56,565 nucleotides of DNA from an uncultured Pseudomonadota bacterium (GTDB lineage Bacteria; Babelota; Babeliae; Babelales; JAUPTZ01), in contig CAYSBJ010000001.1 of NCBI GenBank assembly GCA_964429275.1, positions 513,776 to 570,340 of the forward strand. The letters run 5' to 3'. Under the pieces are notes generated by a model. It did not search any database. It was not told the origin of the DNA and saw only the letters and a program-made list of their open reading frames with translations. Within the stretch, counting starts at the first letter, position 1. Every line of letters begins with the position of its first letter. The position numbers and the translations under genes are program-made. Positions 40,445-48,600 of this stretch are shown in pieces.

Positions 40445-40463
40445 ACTGTTTTAGGTTAATACG

Positions 40464-40499
40464 AAAAAAGGGCGACAGAATACTCCATCGCCCTTTTTT
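40464..40499. terminator. Bidirectional intrinsic terminator closing the cluster
   Basis: A6-GGGCGA...TCGCCC-T6 between convergent genes. Confidence 0.85.
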
Positions 40500-40687
40500 G
40501 CGTTAAACCAATATGATTTTTCCATTTTTCTTACCGTACGAAGCCGTTTCCTAGCTAACCTTACGCTGGAAATCGCCTGGCACAGCAAACGTTGACGTTA
40601 ACGGCAAATTTCCGTGCGAAACTATGCAGAGGAGGGCTACGATGAATGCGGCTGTAATAACGATATATAAAAGTATTTTGTGCGGAT

Positions 40688-41197
40688 TCATTTATCAATC
40701 CCAATAAAAATATCGATTACAATGCCACGATGGTCAGGAGTGGATGCCCGCTCATCATACAACTCAAAGTCGACTTTGTAGCTTCGCTTGCCGCCGAGTG
40801 CTGCGGCATCCATGCCCCAAATCTCAAACCAGGCATTTCTCAAAACTTCCGGCATGTTGCCTGGGGCGGTTGTGAATTTTACATAGGTTTGTGCCGGTGC
40901 TTCAATGACTACAAAGTCGGCTGGTAAGGACTCTGTGTCTACTTCACTTACTTCTTCCCCAATGAAATAGGTGTAGTCTCCGGTGTGATCGTTCTCATAT
41001 TCTGTGTAAGCGCATAAGGTAACACCAGGATGTGTGCGATTTTGGATTTTGCTGCCGAGCTGATCATGAAAGTAGCGCTTTACGCACGGAAATATCTTGG
41101 CATTTCCTGCTTCCCAATTGGCTTCCGCCGCATTGTTTGTACGGACGGTTATGCCAACCAGGATCTTCTTCTTGAGGTGGATAGTTGCTTTTTGCAT
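40688..41197 (-). CDS. GyrI-like small-molecule-binding protein (stand-alone effector-binding domain)
   Basis: LVGITVRTNN, YTEYE..HTGDYTYFIGEEV, AWFEIW, DFELYDER. Confidence 0.88.
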   Translation of the reverse strand: MQKATIHLKKKILVGITVRTNNAAEANWEAGNAKIFPCVKRYFHDQLGSKIQNRTHPGVTLCAYTEYENDHTGDYTYFIGEEVSEVDTESLPADFVVIEAPAQTYVKFTTAPGNMPEVLRNAWFEIWGMDAAALGGKRSYKVDFELYDERASTPDHRGIVIDIFIGIDK

Positions 41198-41218
41198 GGC
41201 AGTTTCTTTCTTTTCTAA

Positions 41219-42150
41219 TTATTTGGCGGTTGATACTGCAGTGGCCGCTTCAAATGCTACGCGGAGCGCTCTTCGATTCGAAGTGTCTGGAATGCTCATT
41301 TCTCGCAGCTGATCAGCGAGCATAGTGGTTTCGGGGTCTGCATCATCAAAAATCGGTTTACCTCGTAAGATGTCCACAGGTTTTTCCCCGTACGCATTTA
41401 AAGCGTGTATATTGGCGCCGTGCTCGAGTAGCAGAGTGAGTACTTTTGCCGGGTCGATGAGGGTTGGTTTGAGCATCGTTTTTTTTTGTTCGGCTAATTC
41501 GATAATGGTCGGGTTAGTTTCAAGGCCCAGTGTAATGTTCACTTCTGTCATAGTGTTTAAATCTTGGGTTATGTAAGTAGACGCGAGAAAATGTAGCGGC
41601 GTCGCACGCTCTATATCCGTCTGAGCGTTAACATCGGCTCCAGCATCGAGAAGGAGTTTCACAATTTCAGGAGCTCCACGGAGTGCCGCACTATGGAGAG
41701 CTGTTACGCCGTGCTTACCTTTCCTTTTTACATCTACCCCTGCATCGATAAAGAGTTGCACAACAAATTCGTCACAGAGCTCTATGAGGTTAATGAGGAC
41801 AAGTGGATTTTCCGCTATTTTTTGCGGAGGCGAGGATTGCCAAAGTCGCGTAGGGCATGGTGTAGGCAAGTTTTGGTGATACGGTCATCATCTACAGTGC
41901 GATCGGTGCTGCTACGAGCGTGCAAATCGCTAAGAATAGCAACCAAGTTTTCGCCGATAAAGACTTTGAGTCTGTCTATTGATACGTGTTCGAGGAGCTC
42001 GCTCCATCTGGTTTTTAGGCAGATTGCTGTGTCAGCAATTGGATCGGTTGCGGCGCTTGAACTTGCAGCCTCACTATCTGCGGCAAATGTATGGGTATTA
42101 AAAAGTGTGCCGAAAGATAGTGTTAGTAGGGCTAAAAAAAGCTTTTTCAT
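41219..42150 (-). pseudogene. Secreted ankyrin-repeat protein split by a 1-nt frameshift in an A6 run (41818-41823)
   Basis: 5' ORF has a GGAGG RBS and signal MKKLFLALLTLSFG; 3' ORF has GVTALHSAA..G..EIVKLLLDAGADVNA, TPLH, LLLEHGANI; one extra A would fuse the frames. Confidence 0.75.
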
Positions 42151-42332
42151 GGAGACCTCCAATAATTAAATACGCCAATGGTGGCTAACTGTATCGCAGT
42201 GTAGGGGCGATGTAAAGAGTGGGTCGCAATCTTAAAAAGCCTCTAGTTACACGGGTGTTTCGCGCGCGTAGCCCTTGCGCACGAGCAGCGTGTTGTGATA
42301 CGCTGCCCGCTCATAGCATCGAAAGGGCTGAT

Positions 42333-43094
42333 ATGAGTTCTCCATTTTTGGTTATTGATAACCTAGTTAAAAAGTATAACGATACGAACGCGCTTGATGG
42401 TGTTAGTTTAACTATCAACAAGGGTGAAGTGTTCGCGCTCCTGGGCATCAATGGTGCCGGTAAGACAACCCTTTCTTCTATTATTGCGACACAACATCCG
42501 CCGACATCGGGTGACATTTTTTTTCGTGGTGTTTCTATTTATAAAGACTTACGGACCTATCGTATGGCGCTTGGGTTTTGTCCTCAGCAGCCCAATCTTG
42601 ATGCTTATTTAACAGTAGAGCAGAACTTAATTTTTGCGGGCCGTTTTTATGCTATGAGCTCAGGTGCCGCTAAGGCTCGTGCTGATCAGCTTTTCTCTCT
42701 TTATGATCTTGGGCGGTATCGCAATCGTAAGATCGAGGAATTGTCCGGTGGCACACGGCAGCGGGTGCTCATCGCACGGGCGCTTATGCATTCACCAGAA
42801 CTCGTGATTCTTGATGAACCGACCGTTGGGTTGGATCCTGATATCAGACGTCAACTATGGGATCATATAGCAGCGTTACGTGATAGCGGTGTTACGGTTA
42901 TTTTGACAACCCATTATTTGGATGAAGCTGAGGTCTTGGCCGATCGTATTTGTTTATTGCGTGACGGCAAGGTGCAATTGGTATGTTCAGTTACTGATCT
43001 GAAGAATAAGCATGATCAAGATTCTCTGGAAGAGATTTTTATTCGGCTGTCGCGTCAAGAAAAAGAGAAAGAGTTGTATGAATCAGCTGCGTGA
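42333..43094 (+). CDS. ABC-2 exporter ATP-binding subunit (NodI/DrrA-like)
   Basis: GINGAGKTT, LSGG, ILDEPTVGLD, TTHYLDEAE. Confidence 0.95.
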   Translation: MSSPFLVIDNLVKKYNDTNALDGVSLTINKGEVFALLGINGAGKTTLSSIIATQHPPTSGDIFFRGVSIYKDLRTYRMALGFCPQQPNLDAYLTVEQNLIFAGRFYAMSSGAAKARADQLFSLYDLGRYRNRKIEELSGGTRQRVLIARALMHSPELVILDEPTVGLDPDIRRQLWDHIAALRDSGVTVILTTHYLDEAEVLADRICLLRDGKVQLVCSVTDLKNKHDQDSLEEIFIRLSRQEKEKELYESAA

Positions 43095-43878
43095 GGGTTG
43101 TATAATCGCAGGACTTATTCTGCGACGAGAGCTACTCGTTCTCATTAATTCTTGGAAAGAGGTTGCAAGCAGCGCCTTTATATACGCCTCTTTGCTTTCA
43201 CTCTCTTCTGGTTATTTTATGCCAGCGATGGGCATGCCAGTGGCATTGTGCGCTCCGTTATATGTAGGCGCTTTTATTGTGAACTCATACTCGGTGGCTT
43301 ACACATGTGTTCTTGAGACTGCTTTTGATTTACGTTCACCAAAGCTGGTGGCCTACTATTATGGCTTGCCAGTTCCGTTTTGGATGGTTATGGGGGCGCG
43401 CGTCTTGGGCATGATGGTGCGAATACTTGCTATAGGGGTTCCGGTATTGATTTTTGGTTTTATTATTATTGGTTGCTGGGAATATTTCTCTGTTTCATGG
43501 ATTGGGCTTGCTGCTATGCTTTTGCTGACAGTTCAATTTTTAACCTTGCTCTTTTTGGGCTTAGCTCATTGGATGTCACTGCCGGTGTTGCTCGGTAACA
43601 TTTGGCCACGTCTTTTATCGCCAATGGCTGCGCTCGGGTGTGCAATGTATCCGTTTAGAGTTGCCGCTGAAAAAGCATGGTGGCTTTCCCGCCTTATGCT
43701 GCTAAACCCGATGGTCTACTGCTGTGAGGGGATGCGAGCAGCTTTTTTTGGTAATGATGGATATTTAAGTATGTCGCTGTGTGCGGCGGTGTTGGCGTGT
43801 GTTAACGTAGCCTTGTGGCTTTTCTTGCGTCGCGCTATTGTTCGGGCAATCAACCCTGTTATGATGCGAGGGGCGTAA
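43078..43878 (+). CDS. ABC-2 exporter permease
   Basis: About six TM segments, NPMVYCCEGMR motif; overlaps the ATPase gene. Confidence 0.85.
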   Translation: MNQLREGCIIAGLILRRELLVLINSWKEVASSAFIYASLLSLSSGYFMPAMGMPVALCAPLYVGAFIVNSYSVAYTCVLETAFDLRSPKLVAYYYGLPVPFWMVMGARVLGMMVRILAIGVPVLIFGFIIIGCWEYFSVSWIGLAAMLLLTVQFLTLLFLGLAHWMSLPVLLGNIWPRLLSPMAALGCAMYPFRVAAEKAWWLSRLMLLNPMVYCCEGMRAAFFGNDGYLSMSLCAAVLACVNVALWLFLRRAIVRAINPVMMRGA

Positions 43879-43879
43879 T

Positions 43880-44671
43880 ATGATTTTTTTGACTCAGATG
43901 TATTGGTTACTTCGCCGGCATTGGTTTATGGTTAGTTCCTCGCTTGTTGATTCTGTCATTAATTATGTACTTATATGGCCTTTTTTATGGGGTATAAGTA
44001 ATGGTGTTTTTCTTCCTGCTGCTTCTTTTGGTAGCGTCGGAGGGGTGATGAAAGGTACCGAATTGATACTGGGAATGATGCTCTTGCAACTTATGGTAGG
44101 GACGTTTACGCCGTTGGTGTTGCTACTTGGTGAGCGTGAGGAATCTGGTATATTACGGTATCACGTTATGGTGACTTCATATCCCGCTGCATTTTTTTCC
44201 CGCCTTCTTTTTTTTACTTTGTATACGACGATTTTGATGTTGCCATTCTTCCCGATGGTGAAGATCTTTATTGGCTCAAACTTGTACACAGACCAACTAA
44301 ATTGGATGGTCCTTGGTGGATTTATTTTGCTGGCTTCTGTTATGGCGATTAGTTATGGCTTTTGCGTGTTTGGTTTGGTGCGAACAATGCATGACATAGA
44401 ATATGCCTGGTCGTATGGTATTGAACCGTTTCTTTGGCTCAGTGGTTTATGGGCGCCAGTTTATGCTATTGCAAAGAGTGGTGTGCCAGGAATTAACTGG
44501 GTTTTACTCTGTAACCCATTCGCTTATATGACAGAGGCTCTTCGTCAGCTCTTCTTTCACGAAGTTTGTTTTGCGCCATTTAGCCAGTGTATGGCAGTAA
44601 TGGTTTGCTCAACTCTTGTCTTTATTTTGGCTGGGTATTGGTTATTGAAGCGCCGGCTGAGAGCGGTTTAG
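43880..44671 (+). CDS. ABC-2 exporter permease, second subunit
   Basis: About six TM segments, EREESG, LSGLWAP, NPFAYMTEALR. Confidence 0.85.
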   Translation: MIFLTQMYWLLRRHWFMVSSSLVDSVINYVLIWPFLWGISNGVFLPAASFGSVGGVMKGTELILGMMLLQLMVGTFTPLVLLLGEREESGILRYHVMVTSYPAAFFSRLLFFTLYTTILMLPFFPMVKIFIGSNLYTDQLNWMVLGGFILLASVMAISYGFCVFGLVRTMHDIEYAWSYGIEPFLWLSGLWAPVYAIAKSGVPGINWVLLCNPFAYMTEALRQLFFHEVCFAPFSQCMAVMVCSTLVFILAGYWLLKRRLRAV

Positions 44672-45422
44672 GCGTAAAGCAACGGAGGGCTGTGCCGCCA
44701 AGTTGTTGAAGCGTCTCGCAGTTTTGTTGCGAGTCATCGATTAAAATAATATCACTTATTTCACAGTTCGCCTCTGCGCAGATTGCCTCGAATGCGGCTT
44801 TTGATGGTTTAATGAAGCCGGTGCTGCCAGAGCACATGAGGTGGTCGTGCGGGATCCCTGCAAAAATGTCAGGAAACAGTGTGCGGTATTGGTTTACCCA
44901 TTCGGCAGGGGCGTTGCTATAAATATACACTTGATTGTTTGGATCACTGAGCAGTGATTTGAGAAGAGCGGCGGTGGTTGGGATGGCAACCAGGGCACTG
45001 ACTCGTTCTACGTTGTTGAACGTGGTGTCGATTAACGCCTCAAACATAAGTGCTTTTTTCGGGTCAAGTGGTGTGTTTGCAATCATAGCGAGTACAGCGG
45101 ATCGTACTTCATCGGGTGATTTAATGCCGGCAAAAAGAGCGTATATTTCATATGGGACGCCAAGACTTGGCGAATACTCAGCGGTTGGTTGACCGAGTGG
45201 TCGGCACATAGTCATGAGTTCATTGAGTTCTTTTACGAGTGGGTTATCTCCCATGCCGCGATTTTGAGCGAACAATAAAGCAATTTTTCTTTGTACTAGA
45301 CTGGCAATGTCGTCGCGAAGCAGTACGCCGTGAATATCAAAAACAATGACTGACCCTGCATTTAAAGCGATGGCGCTGAGGCATGAAAACAGCAATGCAG
45401 TAACTAGTGTGTGTTTTTTCAT
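44622..45422 (-). CDS. Signal-peptide-bearing HAD-superfamily hydrolase
   Basis: MKKHTLVTALLFSCLSAIALNA; motifs FDIHGVL, YSNA, KP, IDD. Confidence 0.8.
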   Translation of the reverse strand: MKKHTLVTALLFSCLSAIALNAGSVIVFDIHGVLLRDDIASLVQRKIALLFAQNRGMGDNPLVKELNELMTMCRPLGQPTAEYSPSLGVPYEIYALFAGIKSPDEVRSAVLAMIANTPLDPKKALMFEALIDTTFNNVERVSALVAIPTTAALLKSLLSDPNNQVYIYSNAPAEWVNQYRTLFPDIFAGIPHDHLMCSGSTGFIKPSKAAFEAICAEANCEISDIILIDDSQQNCETLQQLGGTALRCFTPKPLSAGASITNTQPK

Positions 45423-45605
45423 GAAATGTCCTTGGATGGTGTGATGATACCATCCCACTGTAGGCGGAGGGGGAGGACATTCGCAAGAGATTGCTTTTTT
45501 GAGCGCTGGGGTAGTCGTTAGAAAAGGTTTTCTATTGTTTCTTGAATTATCACCGTATTTTTTCTTATAGATCTTCCTCTGCTTTTATTAATTCAAGAGG
45601 TTGGA

Positions 45606-48600
45606 ATGTTTTGGTATATGGCTTTTAGTTTTCTCTGTGTATGTGTTTCTTTTGTGGAATGTACGCAGGAGGGTGTCGCAGAAATTGTTAATTCAGACAG
45701 TTACCAGTATCAAGCGTGTGTTCGTAGTCTGGCGTTACATCCAGAACTTCAGGGGCAGTTTCAAAAAATTATGAGTTGGATTGCTGAAGGGAGGAAGGCC
45801 CCGCAAACTTTTGAGATAGAAGCTCCTATACTTGTAAAACGGCTAGAAAAAGAGTTATCACCAAAAGAAGCAGCGTCAGTAGTGGCGTTTGTGCAGGGTG
45901 CTTATAAAAAAGCAAAATATCGCCGTTGGAGGAAAAATGCCTTGATTGGTACCGGAGTAGTGGGTGCGGGCGTAGGCGTCGGCTATGGGGTGCATCGATA
46001 TTTAAAGAAAGGTGATGAGCCTCGTGCGAGACAGGCGAGCAGTCAGGTAGAAAGTGGAAATGTTGATATTAATAAGGGTGCGATCCATGCCATATCGCTG
46101 GGTACCTCATCACCTGATACGGTTGTAAAAGTGAGTGCGCGGCAATCGTCTGAATTGGAAAAAGAAGCCAAGCGGGCAAAACGCAAGAAAAAAGCTAATG
46201 GCCCATCAAAAAAAAGACGAAGATATGACATCCCACAGGCATTACCCATTGCTTTAACAGAAGAAGGGTCTCTGATGGGATTGTCGAGTGGTCTGACCAC
46301 GCCTCCGACAGCAGTAGATTTGAGTGAGGCTGAGGTCGGCCAGGGGGCCGTTGTTTTGCCGGTCGAATTAATCGATGCACCAGTAGCAGCCCCTGAAGTG
46401 CTTAGGGAGGCCCAAGAAGGTGAAGAAATAGCTACGGCTTCAGCGCAATCGTCTGAATTGGAAAAAGAAACCAAACGGACAAAGCGCAAGAAAAAAGCTA
46501 ATGACCCATCAAAAAAAAGACGAAGATATGACATCCCACAGGTATTACCCATTGCTTTAACAGAAGAAGAGTCTCTGATGGGATTGTCGAGTGGTCTGAC
46601 CACGCCTCCGGTAGCAGTAGGTTTGAGTGAGGCTGAGGTCGGCCAGGGGGCCGTTGTTTTGCCGGTCGAAGAGCATAGCTTTAAGGCAGACGCGGAATCC
46701 CATGGCAATAAAGCTGCTAATCTCACCAAATTACATGAATTTTGTAAAAAACATAGCCCATATATTAAAGAAAAGACTGGGTATGAATTGCGAGTGCCGC
46801 CATTTGTTGCCATTTCTTCTGAGGCCGTTAAGGGGTTTTTGAGAAAAGTCGTAGGCGTTGATCTTGATTTGTTGTGGAGTGAGTGGGTTATGAGCGCTGA
46901 TAGCAATCAAAAAAAACTCAGTGCAGCACGGGAAATTAGGGTGCAGCTCAAACAGAAATGTAATGAGAATTCTGCTGCTATTGTTGAGCTTGCTAACTTT
47001 GAAGAACTTTTTGGGCAAGAAGGGCGATTGGTGGATATCTTTTTATCAGATGATCGGACGCAAAAAAATAAAATAATGGTTCGCAGTACTGGCCGTGAAG
47101 ATACTGCCACTCTTGCCAATGCTGGGGGTAATACAAGTGTGCCCAATGTCGTTACTTCTTTCTCTGAAGTTTTTGGGGCAATGAAAAAAGTAATTTTTTC
47201 TTACCTTAGTGAGAAATCTCTTACCCAGCGTCTTGATGCGGGGGATGATATAGGAGCAGTTCCTTTCGTGCCGGTAATGATGCAGGTGATGGTGGGGGAG
47301 GATATGTCAGTGTCTGAAAAAGAGCGATTCATTCCGCGGTGTGGCGTTATGTATACGGAGGAACAAGAAGGTGGCTGTTTCTATGCAGCGGGGAAAAAGC
47401 ATTTTTCTGGTATAACCCTTATACAAGCGGCGTATGGGCATAATGAGCTCGTTGTTAATAGTTTGGGTAAAGTAGATACCTTTTTGGTAGACAAGAATTA
47501 TACTGTCCGCCAGGTCATTCGGAATAAGCCGTTTCGCCTCGTCCCAGGGGAAAGCAAGAAACTTGTTAAGCAACGCAATAAAGATAATAGTGCTCAAAAA
47601 CCCGCGTTGCCGCAAGCCGCAGTGAAGGCACTTAAAATGTTGGCAGAGCGCCTCGACCAACGAGCATTGCGTTCTAGGAATAATGATGAAAAAGCACCGC
47701 AAGATGTTGAGTTTGTTATCGCACATGAAAATGACCAAAACATTCTATATCTGGTGCAGGTGCGGCCTCTGGTTGCAAAACGCTATGAGCGGGTTCCATC
47801 CTATGTGCCAGCGGCTGTTGTTGATGGTGCTACAAAAGTTTTTGGGGAAGTGGTTGGCGTTGCCGGCGGTGCAGTGCGTACGGTACATCGTGAAGCAGAG
47901 GCTTTAACTGCAACAACGTTATATAGCGCCTTAAATAGTGAATTGCCTAATCGAGGAGAAGGGGCCAAGGACCAAATAGAAGCAGTATTTGTAGAAGAAG
48001 TTGCGGCAGAAACTTCTCATGAAGCAAATAGCATGGCTTTGTTGAAAAAGCCGGTTATTTGCCTTGGGAGCAACTATGCGACGGTTCTTGACTGGCTTAA
48101 AGACTCTGCACATGACGTGGTGTTTGATCCGCAACAATCATGTGTGTTGCTGTGGGATAAATCGAGTGGTGCAGCGCCGCAAGTTCCGGGTTGGTGCGCC
48201 TACCCACTTGCGCGTTTTCTTTCAGTGCCTGAAGTTGAAGGAGAGGGCGTTGCTGAGGTGATTGCTCGAGCGGATAACGACTTTAAGGCTCAAAAATTTG
48301 TTGGATATAAAGAACTTCGTGCGCAGCTTGCAGTCTTGAAAAATGGGGCGCCGGCTGCTATGGCTGAAGCGGTGGGAGCTATTTGGGGGTATGCTCAGAG
48401 GCTTGAGGGCGTGATAGCACGTAAGTTCGGTAATGAAGAGCTACGACCAAAAGGAGGCGCGATACGAGGGTCATATTCAGAACGATTGAGAAGCTTGCGC
48501 TACTACATTGCGCAGGCATTGCGTCAATGTCTTTCCAAGGAGAGCGCCGGGTGTGCGGTAGATGATCCTCGCTACCCTGCGCTTCGACTCTACCCAATCC

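Noticed and set aside
40500..40687. Possible small RNA or decayed palindromic element in the intergenic gap
   Set aside because: Only weak, short palindromes; no family or second copy that I can support
46142..46670. Diversity-generating retroelement TR/VR pair
   Set aside because: Mismatches are transitions in both directions, including C/T, rather than adenine-specific changes from one template; no reverse transcriptase in the window
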